From: Mustelus asterias
Lineage: Eukaryota
Length of the DNA: 64,000 nucleotides
Direction: 5' to 3'
Assembly (NCBI RefSeq): GCF_964213995.1
Contig: NC_135828.1
Coordinates: forward strand, 30,442,001-30,506,000
Made by a program: the position numbers and the translations under genes. Of the stretch, positions 51,184 to 63,288 are shown piece after piece (within the stretch, counting starts at the first letter, position 1; every line of letters begins with the position of its first letter). The notes under the pieces were generated by a model. It made no database searches and was not told the DNA's origin. It was given only the letters and a program-made list of their open reading frames with translations.

Positions 51184-53669
51184 AAGATGATTCTGGATAG
51201 GAGCGAAAGTAACAGGGTAGTTGTTATGGGGGACTTTAACTTTACAAATATTGACTGGAAAAGCTATAGTTCGAGAACTTTGGAGGGGTCGGTTTTTGTC
51301 CAATGTGTGCAGGAAGGTTTCCTGACACAGTATGTAGATAGACCAACAAGAGGCGAGGCCACATTGGATTTGGTACTGGGTAATGAACCAGGCCAGGTGT
51401 TAGATTTGGAGGTAGGTGAGCACTTTGGTGACAGTGAACACAACTCGATTACGTTTACCTTAGCTATGGAAAAGGATAGGTATATACCAAAGGGCAAAAG
51501 TTATAGCTGGGGGAAAGGAAATTATGATGCGATTCGGCGAGATTTAGCTAGCATAGGTTGGGGAAGGAAACTGCAGGGGATGGGCACAATTGAAATGTGG
51601 AACATGTTCAAGGAACAGCTGCTACGCTTCCTTGATAAACATGTACCTGTCTGGCAGGGAGGAAGCAGACATGTGAGGGAACCGTGGTTTACTAAGGAGG
51701 TTGAATCTCTTGTGAAGAGGAAGAAGGAGACTTATGTAAAGATGAGGCGTGAAGGCTCAGTTAGGGAGCTTGAGAGTTACAAGTTAGCCAGGAAGGACCT
51801 AACGAAAGAGTTAAGAAGAGCCAGGAGGGGACATGAGAAGTCTTTAGCAGTTAGGATCAAGGAAAACCCTAAAGCTTTCTATAGGTATGTCAGGGGTAAA
51901 AGAATGACTAGCGTAAGATTAGGGCCAGTCAAGGACAGGAGTGGGAAGTTGTGCATGGAGTCTGAAGAGATAAGAGAGGCACTAAATTAATATTTTTCGT
52001 CAGTATTCACACTGGAAAGGGACAGTGTCGAGGGGAGTACTGAGATGCAAGCTGTTGGACTGGATGGGATTGATGTTCATAAGGAAGAGGTGTTAGCAAT
52101 TCTAGAAAGGGTAAAAATAGATAAGTCCCCTGGGCCGGATGGGATTTATCCTAGGATTCTCTGGGAGGCTAGAGAGGAGATTGCAGAGCCTTTGGCTTTG
52201 ATTTTTGGGTCGTCATTGTCTACTGGAACAGTGCCAGAAGACTGGAGGATAGCAAATGTTGTCCCCTTGTTCAAAAAGGGGAGTAGGGACAACCCTGGTA
52301 ATTATAGACCGGTGAGCCTTACTTCTGTTGTGGGGAAAGTATTGGAAAGGATTATAAGAGATAGGATTTATAATCACCTGGAAAGGAATAATTTGATTAG
52401 GGATAGTCAGCACGGTTTTGTAAAGGGTAGGTCGTGCCTCACAAACCTTATTGAGTTCTTTGAGAAGGTGACCAAAGAGGTGGATGAGGGTAAAACGGTT
52501 GATGTGGTGTATATGGATTTCAGCAAAACGTTCGATAAGGTTCCCCATGGTAAGCTTTTGCGGAAAATACGGACACATGGGATTGAGGGTGATTTAGTGG
52601 TTTGGATCAGGAATTGGCGAGCTGGAAGAAAACAGAGGGTGGTGGTTGATGGGAAATATTCATCCTGGAGTTCAGTTACTAGTGGTGTACCACAACGATC
52701 TGTTTTAGGGCCACTGCTGTTTGTCATTTTTATAAATGACCTGGATGAGGGCGTAGAAGGATGGATAAGTAAATTTGCGGATGACACTGAAGTCGGTGGA
52801 GTTGTAGACAGTGCGGAGGGAAGTGGCAGGTTACAGAGGGACATAGATAAGCTGCAGAGCTGGGCTGGGAGGTGGCAAATGTAGTTTAATACGGAAAAGT
52901 GCGAAGTGATTCACTTTGGAAGGAGTAACAGGAATACAGAGTACTGGGCTAATGGTAAGATACTTAGTAGTGTGGATGAACAGAGGGATCTGGGTGTCCA
53001 TGTGCATAGATCCCTGCAAGTTGGCACCCAGGTTGATAGGGTTGTTAAGAAGGCGTACGGTGTGTTAGCTTTTATTGGTAGAGGGATTGAGTTTCGGAGC
53101 CAGGAGGTCATGTTGCAACTGTACAGAACTCTGGTGCGGCCGCACTTGGAGTATTGCGTACAGTTCTGGTCGCTGCATTATAGGAAGGATGTGGAAGTGT
53201 TGGAAAGGGTGCAGAGCAGATTTACCTGGATGTTGCCTGGTATGGTGGGAAAATCGTATGAGGAAAGGCTGAGGGGCTTGAGGTTGTTTTCGTTCGAGAG
53301 AAGAAGGTTAAGAGGTGACTTAATAGAGGCATACAAGATGATCAGAGGATTAGATAGGGTGGATAGTGAGAGCCTTTTTCTACGGATGGTGATGGCTAAC
53401 ACTAGGGGACATAGCTTTAAATTGAGGGGTGATAGATATAGGACAGATGTTAGAGGTAGGTTTTTTACTCAGAGAGTAGTAAGGGCGTGGAATGCCCTGC
53501 CTGCAGCAGTAGTAGACTCGTCAACATTAAGAGCATTCAAATGGTTATTGGATAAACATATGGATGATATTGGAATAGTGTAGATTAGATGGGCGTTAGA
53601 TTGGTTTCACTGGTCGGCGCAACATCGAGGGCCGAAGGGCCTGTACTGCGCTGTAATGTTCTATGTTCT
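51184..53669 (+). mobile_element. CR1 LINE, 5'-truncated, with stops
   Basis: ORF pieces 51187-51990, 52045-52884 and 52906-53583; absent from copy A. Confidence 0.95.
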
Positions 53670-55707
53670 CAGGCAAAGAGGAGGAAATTGGTAAAGCCGC
53701 AATTTGAGAGCATGTGGCCTCGGCGACGAAAGGCAGAATTATTAATCTTGGAACAGCCATAATTGGGAATTTTTTCATTGGTTAGTGGAGCATAGATATT
53801 ACAAAGACTTAGGTGGTGGACGTCACTTAAAGATATATGATGCAAGGCCATGGAAAGTTTAAAAATGCATAATTTCAAAATCAAAGTGTTTCTCAATCAG
53901 CACTCAGTGTCAGTCAGTGGCCATAGTGGCACGACCTGTTGTGAGTTAATACACATGGGCAGCAAAGTTCCTGATGGCCTCAGCATTGTGAATGGTAGCG
54001 TGTCGAAGAAAAGCAAGGAGAGCTGGCAAAGTTGAGTCTGGAGACAAGAAAGGCGTGGGTGAGTGTTTCAGCAGCAGAAGAATTGAGACAGTGTGGAATT
54101 GGAAATAGAAGACAAGAGTGATGGATCACAGAGTGAATGATAAGGTGATAGGACGAGGTGATTAACCAATGACTCCCTGTGTAAATTCCTATTGGGTTGA
54201 CAAAAGTGGAAATTATATCTTGGGTTTGCTCGAATATATAAGATCTGCATGGATTGACAGCAACGTTTGCAGCAAGTTGCCACAGTTACAGCACAATTTA
54301 CATTGATTAATTAAAAGTTGTTCTAAGGAGAGGAACGTTTCCGAAACTCTTCGAATTGTACTCATCATGATAAAGGCAAAAGTGTCGATTTTGAAAGGAA
54401 CATGGCAATGAAAAGTACCATGAGAACAATAATTCTAATTGCATAACAAGTACACGCCGATTGGCTGAGGCGTTGCCAAGGAGAAAGTAAGCGAGATAAC
54501 ACTGGTTGCTAATTGAAAACAAAAGTGCAGTCGTAAACATTTTTTCCCGATAGAATAGAGGTAATTGCCTATAAATTAGTGTCGCATCCTGCAAGCCCCA
54601 TTGCGAGTTGTCTGAAAATTAATTAACCAAATGCAGTCATAAGGGCACTATTAGTTTCGGAAGGTTTTCTTAAGGATCAGGAAATAATACGCCAAGTGAT
54701 GGCATAAACAACAGAGCACGAAACGTTTAAGACAGATGGATAAATACTTTAAAAGGTAGCGCATATTGCATTGTTCGGAATGAGCAGACGCGGATGAGCA
54801 GGGCGGCACGGTCGCAGAGTGATTAGCTCCCTTGTCTCCCAGCGCCAGGGTCCTACGTTCAATTCCGCATTGGGGTTACTGTCTGTATGGGGTTTTCAGG
54901 GTCTGCTTGGGCTTCCTCCCACAGTCCGAAAGACGTTCTGGTTTGGTGCATTGGCCACGCTAAATTCTCCCTCAGTGCATCTGGACAGGCTCCGGAAGGC
55001 GGCTGCTAAAGGATTTTCACAGTAAATTCGTCTTAATTTCAACTTACTTTAACTGTTTAGATGAGGCGACTGGTCGTTTTGGTCAGCGTTGCTTCCATTC
55101 CCGTTCTGGCTGAGGTTATTGATAAAGGCCCCGCCTTATCAAGCTTGCTTCTCAGCTGAGGGTGAGATGCTTTAGAGATTGATTGCAGATTCGATGGCAC
55201 TTCTGCAGTGTAGGGATTTTATGAATCAATGATTGCATGTGGTGTAAGTGCCACCCATGGATTTGAGCCCAAGATTTTGAAATAGGGGCAGCATAGTCAA
55301 CAATAGACAATGGATGCTTTTGGCCATTATAACAAAGAATCACAGGGATGTCGTCCTTGATGTCAAACAACGATAATGCGATATCACTGAAAATTACGTA
55401 TAAAGCCTCACTCATGGGGTGAGTGTTAGTTTGAGGAAAATAGACTCAGCAATTGCATTGCAACAGTTTGTTTACTTTTTAAGCGCTCTTGAGCGCAAAG
55501 GTGCTGATTGGGAGTGAGACCGTAGGAATGGCAACGAAAATTCAACGTTCCTTCCCTGGAAGATAGAATGATCACTGGTATGACTATACACTCTGGCAAT
55601 CAGTTGGACTATCAATGTAGAATGTTTCATTTTCCAGTTTACAGCGTCTCTCTTCCTCAATGGGAGTTCCAGATCAATGTCTTGTCGTCACTATTTTGTT
55701 GTGTACC

Positions 55708-56751
55708 ATATACAGGAGCCCGTTTTTGCTACTTCTGTAAGAAGTCTCACAGCACCAGGTTAAAGTCGAACAGGTTTATTTGGCAGCAATAGCTTTCGGA
55801 GCCCCAAGCCCCTTCTTCAGGTGAGTGAGGACTCGTGTTCCCAAATAGGGCATATAAAGACACAAACTCAATTTACAAGATAATGGGTGGAATGCGAGTC
55901 TTTACAGGTAATCAAATCTTAAAGGTGCAGACAATGTGAGTGGAGAGAGGATTAAGCACAGGTTAAAGAGATGTGTATTGTCTCCAGCCAGGGCCTGTCT
56001 GGTGTTATGAGACTTCTTACCGTGCTTACCCCAGTCCAACGCTGGCATCTCCACATATTTGCTACTTCTCCCAGGTCAATGTTCCTACTTATGCAGACAA
56101 TTTGGCTAACCTCACTCTGGTTTTGGAAACACAGATTGTGTCGCTTCATAACCAATTCATTGTATGTGGATTGTTTATCGCTTTCGTCAATAGTCTAAGT
56201 TGTTCCCGTCTGCATGGCATTGTGCGATCGGTTGGTGAGGCAAAATAAATATTCATGTTTGAATGGGAAATGTTTTCAGGACTGTTGCTCAAGATTGCGA
56301 GGCTAGGAATAACTTGACAGCCCCTTCAGGGTTGAGTAATCGAATTGATTCGGAACTGTATAATTGTGTTTCTGAAAATGACTATATTGTTTGACCTAAT
56401 AAGATATTGTTTTACTTTCAGAAGTCTCTGTATTGAACTTGTCTTTTTCGTGAAGTTGCTAAATATTCCCGTCGAGGCAGAGTTGGGCAGCTCTAATTTA
56501 GTAAGTTGGTTGACGCTAGAATTCCACAGGCATCACACTGTGGCAATGAGTATCGCTCTATTCCTGCCAAAATTGAACTGAAGGGATGCTATGTGTTCAA
56601 TAATTCCAATTCTATTGGTTCAAGTAGGTGGTCGACTGAGGTGTAAATTGTGAAAATTTGCAAAGAATATGCTTGCCGAGAATACAGCGATTGTAACTTT
56701 TGGATTCTGCTGTCTAGTGATTCAAACCGGTGCCGTGCTAGGTCAAAAAAC
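55708..56751 (+). pseudogene. TRBV: Destroyed paralog of V5/V6
   Basis: Leader ATA-TAC-AGG-AGC.. (start lost) split by an insertion; intron homologous to V5; V exon mostly lost. AGTG + 23 bp + TCAAAAAAC at 56716-56751, and the 3' flank matches V6. Confidence 0.75.
55737..56057. mobile_element. Penelope-like mini-element, copy 3 (opposite orientation), inside a leader exon
   Basis: TTTGCTACTTCT duplicated at 55725-55736 and 56058-56069; hammerhead-like core on minus at about 55788-55824. Confidence 0.82.
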
Positions 56752-57634
56752 ATACTACCATGTGTTGCCAGGAGACGACAGTGCAGAAAACTCAAATATG
56801 CTTCTCTCTCATAAACAACGTGTTCATTGATGGAAATTGTCCGTTTCGCAACAGCCTTCCGACTGGATAAAACAATCCCTTCGTCTCTAAAGGAATACCT
56901 CGGTGAGAATTCAAAATAAAACACACACGTTCAATACTTTCCAAGGCAGAAGAATTGTTTCGGGTGAAACGTGGACTTGCATGGGACAGAAGTTTCAATT
57001 CGGCCTATCGTACGTCTTCCAAACTGCTTGATATTTCTTCTCATTGCTTCCATTTACGCTACGGCGGAAAATGTGTCAAAATGGCTTCTAAATTTTATTT
57101 CTGAATATGCTTCCTGCAACATGACATCCATGCGCCACACAACTGATTTTTAAAAAATCAACCTTCCCCTTTCGACTCTTCTGAATCCTCGGTTCGGCCA
57201 ACTTACTGCTAAGCGAAAGTAACCCGAACCCTCATGTACAAAATCAAAATTCAACTTGATTTGGAATATGTCTAGTGGATCCCGCCTGGGCGTTTCCTGC
57301 CTAATAATGGAAGTCCTTGCTTCTACATTGCCACTTGCAGTGTCGGATAAGGGCAACATTTTGTTGGGTCACCTCTTCATTCTGGGTTACCTGCTGAGAT
57401 GCCGAATGGAGCAATGCAGCGAGTTCGAGGAGATTCTCCAGCGTTTTATATGGCTCTCCATATAACACGCATATCCGATCCGTTTGAATATTATAAACGG
57501 CCGCCTGGGAAGAAATGCAGATTGAAATAAATCATCCACATTTATTGCTCTCCCATGACCACAAAAGAAAGGGGAATCGGCATTGTTTGGTGTAGCGAGC
57601 GGGGTGGGGGCAGGTGTTTTCAGTCTTCTTGACA

Positions 57635-57647
57635 TGACGTCATTTCC
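57635..57647 (+). promoter_or_regulatory. CRE/decamer element of V7
   Basis: CTTGACATGACGTCATTTCC, 110 bp before ATG 57745. Confidence 0.75.
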
Positions 57648-57744
57648 ACATCAAACCGAACACAGTGCTCAGGGGCAATAAGATCGTAGTGTACAAGAGC
57701 AGGACGGAGTTGAAAGGCTGGCAGGACATTTACATTCTTGCACC

Positions 57745-59020
57745 ATGCTGTGTTCGGTTTACCTGGATCGATTTTTGCTGCTACTGCTGTTGCCAGGTTA
57801 CTTTTCCTCTTTGCAAAACACTTGGGACCAGTGGGAACCTGCGTTTAGCAATTTCTATTCTTGGTGGCATAGAAATATTATAATCAGTTCGATGATTTAC
57901 AGGCCCCGTTACTGTTTCAAGTAGTGAGTTGACTTGCTCAAACGCGCTTTGACTGTAAAGGTTGGTAAAGCACAATTATGATGTGGAGATGCCGGCGTTG
58001 GATTGGGGTGAACACAGTAAGAAGTCTCACAACACCAGGTTAAAGTCCAACAGGTTTATTTGGTAGAAAATCCGATAAGCTTTTGAAGCACTGCTCCTTC
58101 GTCAGATGGAGTGGCAATGTGATCGAAAGCTTATGGTATTTGCTACCACATAAACCTGTTGGACTTTAACCTGGTGTTGTGAGACTTCTTACAAAGCACA
58201 ATTAGACATACCTTGCAATATAAAGCTGCCTAAAGTTCCAAATGAACGCTATTTGTGGGACTGTTTGCAAAGAGCATAAGTGAAGAATTAATTTTTTATC
58301 TTCATCAAAGAGCTTTCACAGGCACTGGTGGCCGAATGTATATTCTCAGCTGCATCAGTATATGATTAACTCAATTCATTCCTTTCGTGCCTTGCCTTTG
58401 AAATATATATTTAGCCAAGCTTGTTGCTTGCATGTTAGCTGAAAGTTTCAGTGCCTGGCCAGCAGATGTGGTTATATTTCCCGCGGCAGTGAGTAGCGGC
58501 ATTCAGTCCCGCCAGGTTTACGATGCAGGGCTATACGGCCATGGCGGAGCTGTGGAGTAATCGTATTATTATTATTGTTATTATTATTTGCAGCCGCTGA
58601 GTACTCAATTTGTTGGAAATGCAAATTGAGCGAACGTTGTGTGTGTTTTGAATGAAAATGAATCGCTATCCTTATGTTAACGGTTCATAATTGACCCGAT
58701 CTCTTTTTTGTCACGTAGCTGGCTGCAGGTGTGCCTTTGTTTACCAGTGGTGGAACCGGCTGTCCGTCGGCAAGGGTGAGACGGTGGAGATTCACTGTTA
58801 CCAGAACGATACCAGCGAGATGTACATGTACTGGTATCGCCAGGAGAGTGGGGCAGGTTTGCAGCTCATTGTCACCTCGGTTGTAAATTCAGAGCCCAGT
58901 CATGAAAAAGGTTTCGAAGGAAGGTTTCAACTCACCAGACCCGATACCAAGTCGTGCAGCCTGAAAATACAGAACGTGGTGCCGAATGACACTGCAGTGT
59001 ATTACTGCGCTGCTGGTGAT
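57745..59020 (+). CDS. TRBV: TCR V gene V7, open frame but defective RSS; leader 57745-57796, V exon 58719-59020
   Basis: CACCATG; leader MLCSVYLDRFLLLLLLP-G|gttact; V ..YQWWNRL..IHCYQNDT..WYRQ..YYCAAGD. Confidence 0.88.
57979..58192. mobile_element. Penelope-like fold-back mini-element, copy 4, in the V7 intron
   Basis: AAAGCACAATTA duplicated at 57967-57978 and 58193-58204; inverted arms; degenerate hammerhead core on minus (GAAA to AAAA). Confidence 0.85.
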
Positions 59021-59057
59021 CAGTGACTCAATCAGATGAAGAGCTGTTTCAAAAACG
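59019..59057 (+). other. Defective 23-RSS of V7
   Basis: GAT-CAGTG (CA missing versus V6 GAT-CACAGTG) + 23 bp + TCAAAAACG. Confidence 0.88.
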
Positions 59058-59151
59058 TTCTCCCCGTCTTAAAGCGAGCTGGAGAATGACGAAAATAGAG
59101 TGAGCAGCGATAATTAACCAACCGCTCAGTGAGGATGCTTTTAATGCAAAC

Positions 59152-59238
59152 TAAGAACAAAGAACAAAGAACAGTACAGCACAGGAAACAGGCCCTTCGG
59201 CCCTCCAAGCCTGTGCCGTTCATTGGTCCAACTAGACC
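59152..59238 (-). mobile_element. Short CR1 3' tail
   Basis: (AAGAACA)n tail and stem-loop; short-UTR relative of 38734-39641. Confidence 0.8.
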
Positions 59239-60133
59239 TGTTTAATAAACTGTGAAATGGCGAAGCAGGAAAGAAATATCCATTCCAAGTTAGATTGAAC
59301 CGACGAAGCTACTTCTCCTATATCGTCTTGAATTAATGGTATAATTTCCTTCGACAGGTACAAGCATAACATTTGAACTGATTAAAATGAACATATTCGA
59401 TGAAAGAAGTTAAAAGAGTTGTTACAAAGTTATTGTTTCCTCAAGTGTGCTGAGTGTAGGGAAGGCGCAACACTAAGAAAATGGAGGAAAAGGAGCAAAC
59501 TTTCCCCCTCAAAACAATGTTAAACATGTGTCGAAAATCATAAATTTCAATGATTTGACTGGAATTAATCGGCAAGGACATTTCTGTGGTGCTTTATGTC
59601 GTGGTGGCCATGTATTTGCTAAGGAACGCCCGGGGTGGGTCAGGAAGCATACTCTGGCCGAGCAATCTCTGCGGCAATCGCTAAAAAGGAAGACAGTGGC
59701 CTGAGAAGATACATGATTCGCCAGCTGATTTCCTGCTAAAGCTCACTCCTTCAAAATCCCTTTCAAAATGCAGCCTCCAGAGCGACTGCCCCTCTCACTC
59801 TTCCAACACACAATTGTTGGCGCTCATATGTTTCATCTCCATATTTCACTTGCAGATTATAACATAGCAAGAATTATGGACTATCACAAGGTTGCGGCAC
59901 ATGAGCGAATTCTTTGTGGGTGTATCGCCGTCATTCATTTGATTAACGTGGCTATGCCAGCACAGACGTCGTTGTCTCAGCAATAGGTTTATACTGACAT
60001 AATTTGCACTTTCCAGGACCTCTCAGTTTGTGAATTTCAACTGCTAGCAGCTGACGACATATCCAGGACGCCGAGGGCAGTAAATATTGAGCCTTTTCTC
60101 CTGCCGAGCACAAGCTTTCCAGTTCACAGAATC

Positions 60134-60495
60134 GGGGATGCGATGGCCTAGTTGTATTAGCCCCAGACTATTAATCCAGAAACTCAGCTAATGTTCTGCG
60201 GATCCGGGTTGGAATCCCGCCACGGCAGCTAATGGAATTTGAATTCAATAAAATGAATCTGGAAGTAAGAATCTGCTGATGGCCATGAAATTATTGTCGA
60301 TTGTCGGAAAACCCATCAGGTTCAGTAATGTCCTTCAGGGAAGGAAATCTCCCATCCTTACGCGGCCTGGCCCACATGTGACTCCAGAGCTACAGCAACG
60401 TGGTTGACTCTCAATTGTGCTCCAAGGGCAACTAGGGATGGGCAATAAATGCTGGCCAGCCACCGACGCCCCATGCCTTACGAATGAATTTTTTA
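60134..60495 (+). mobile_element. tRNA-derived SINE of a second family
   Basis: A-box (TGGCCTAGTTG) and B-box-like (GGTTGGAATCCC) head; 3' GGATGGGCAATAAATGCTGGCC tail seen degenerate elsewhere in the window. Confidence 0.65.
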
Positions 60496-61269
60496 AAAAT
60501 GCAAAGTAGTTTACAGAGGCTGGAGTCTTGGCAGCGCTTTTGTGTGGTCTCTTCCATCAATATATGATTCCACACACTCTGACTCTGCTTGCACACACAA
60601 CTGCGGATTTTTCGACTTGTTCATTGATATCAGCTTTAAGTAACATACGTTGGTAATTGCGGAAACCAAATATGTAATGACATCAAAGACGACCAATGCC
60701 ACAGTGGCAATGCCGATAGGTGGCAGTGTAGCAACATTCTAGACCGTGATATTTAACCACCCGCTGTTAGTTGCCAAATTATTTTTGTCCAGACCTGAGC
60801 AAATATATCAATTCTCCACTGTAGGTGTTCCTCAGCATACAATATTAGGTTTCGATCGTCAACATAAGTCAACTCTCCGAACAGGACTTCGCAGAGTATT
60901 TTCTTTGATCATCAGTGATCAAGGCTGAACAGATTTGCATTATTTCGGGTCCTTAAGAAGACATTCTTTGTGCATGATGTGGAACAGTGTAATACCAGAA
61001 AAGAGCAGAACATGCACCAGGGATTCGGAACCAGAACACGGCGCTATTTGACGCCATTTCAGACTTTAACGTGTTCCAATGTTGTGACGTCGTATTTTTC
61101 AGGAAAGTGGCGAGTAGATGCTTGGGTGGGCAGCCAATTTTCTGAGGCAGCCTAATTCAACCGCCTCTGTTCACATGGTTGAATCATTTGGTTTGACCGA
61201 TGAAGTCAATACTTAGTGGTCCACTTTGTTTGCTGCATTCATCTTGCGGCTGCTAGCCTGGGAGAATCA

Positions 61270-61573
61270 TAATAAATCCTTCAATTGAGAAACCACATAG
61301 GGATTTCGGATGCAGACATTGAGCCAAAAGTTACAGCTTACAACTGGGCAAATCGGGCAAATACCTTTCCCATAAAGCCTAGCAGGGCGACGCCTCGATA
61401 ATTGAGTTCACCTTTTTAAATACGAGATTGGACGTTAGGAAAAAAAACGGAGGCCATTCGAAGTCCAGTCTCACCATATGGAATTGGCACCTAGCGAAGT
61501 TGTATTTATTTACTGCGATAACGGTTACTGGGGCATGTTCTTCTGTTGATTACCTAGCACGCTGACAAAAACC
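61270..61573 (+). pseudogene. Degraded V relic retaining a perfect nonamer
   Basis: ..RLDVRKKNGGHSKSSLTI / ELAPSEVVFIYC.. resembles FR3; ACAAAAACC at 61565-61573 lies 24 bp after CATGTTC. Confidence 0.5.
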
Positions 61574-63178
61574 CTCAGTATCAGAAGATAAACAGACCTC
61601 GGTAAAGAGGAGTGTGAACATCATGCATGGATTTCTGTCAATTCTTAGGTGAAGCTAGCTCCCAGTATCCGATTCTCACTGCCATTGACTGGGATTGTCA
61701 GAAAGTGAGTCAGCAATCAGGCAAGCGGATAGAGAAGCAACCCCATGTGCGTTTCACGTTTCCTAATCTCAGTTCACACTCACAGTTTCTTTTTCTCTGA
61801 ACGAGATTTCAAGTCGAATTTAGTCACACAGCAGACCTTTTGGACGGACATTTTTGGCAGTAATGAGGAAGTGCTCCCACCGTTGGAACTATGGGACGTC
61901 CAAACTGGTCATCCATATGACAAGCTGAACAAAACGCAAACACATCACATGGTCTTGTATCTTTGGAGAACAGCGTTGTGTCCTCTGCTGTCAATCATAC
62001 TTAAACCAAGAAGATTGGAAAATAGATCATCAATTTAATTTGACAGTATAATTTTTAGCTGTGTGGAAATTGCCTGCCCAAGTTCCTACATTTCAACAGT
62101 GATTGTTTTGTGATCACGGTTCACTAGCTTAACGATGCTTTGGGAATTCCTGAGATCCTGACAATCACAGTGGGAATTCTGTTCCCCTTTCTTAGAAGAT
62201 GTAATTTTCTCTGTCCTCAGAATTACCTGTAAGAATCCGCTCTACCCTAAAACAACACACGGAATAAATCTCCCATTCAGATGGAATTGCCACTGCTTGC
62301 GTGGTAATTTCTATTCAATGACCAAGCAAACAAAACTACTTTGATCGAATAATAAAAATTAGTAGGACAAATAAAGGCACTAATCTCATGGGTCCTGAGA
62401 CTTCTGTTTACCACACCGATCTTATTGTGCTCATTATCTTACACATTAAATTGCAAATGCTACTTTTGCCAATATGTTTCCGATTTGTTTTTGAAAGTTA
62501 GGATTGGACCTATATATTTCAGTCTTTGAAGAACTGCATTTCAGGCGGCAAGCACTCTACTACGTACAACAAAAACCTTCTCAGAACCAACCTGTTGCTG
62601 TTGCTGATCACATTCAATCTGTGCGCCTCTGGTTAGCGATCTCACTACTCGGGATGGAAATTTCTACTTGTTGACTCTGTCAATCACCACGTGATTTGGA
62701 AAATCTCCACTGAAACCTCTCACCAACTTCCCGGATTTGAGGAGACAAAATAATGGATATCTCCAGAATGTACGTATATGGCAGCCAGAAAGGAGCCTTG
62801 CAGCAGGTATATCTGGACACCGCAATGCATAAGTTCTCATCCAAGTCATGCAACTTTCCGATAACGAACGACATCACCGTCCCTCCACTTTCGCAGGATT
62901 AATTCCAGGAATTCCCTCCCGACAGGACTGTGGATGCACCTCCAACAAATGGGATTTATTAGTTCCAGAAGACTACTCGCCACCAGCTACGGAAGATCGT
63001 GAGGGACGGCCTAGCCAAGGAAGCCCACATCCCATGAACAAATTAACAGAGTAAATTTTGCCTCTGAAACTATTTCAATTTTCTACTTCAAGCTTGTACA
63101 TAATTCATTCTTACCTTTACATATCAGAAGTAACCTGTTTTGATAAACAAGGTAATATCCTGTTGAGTGCGGTTCCAA

Positions 63179-63186
63179 TGACATCA
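63179..63186 (+). promoter_or_regulatory. Decamer/CRE-like element of V8
   Basis: AATGACATCACT, 110 bp before ATG 63289. Confidence 0.7.
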
Positions 63187-63288
63187 CTCCCGCACCAACC
63201 ATACAATGAAGTTCAGCAGCAAAAGGACTGCTAGTCCCAGAGCAGGGCAAAACTGGAAGTTTGAAATGACCATTGAAATACCAGCATC

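Larger units (their letters stand above)
50752..56505 (+). repeat. Segmental duplication, copy B
   Basis: Colinear with 41905-46815 apart from copy-specific insertions and one deletion of about 670 bp. Confidence 0.88.

Noticed and set aside
57661-57701. CACAGTG in the V7 promoter (also 43579, 43795, 60700, 62166)
   Set aside because: No nonamer at the correct spacing; expected by chance.
62537-62577. Perfect nonamer ACAAAAACC at 62569
   Set aside because: No heptamer at 12 or 23 bp and only a faint IYF-like context.
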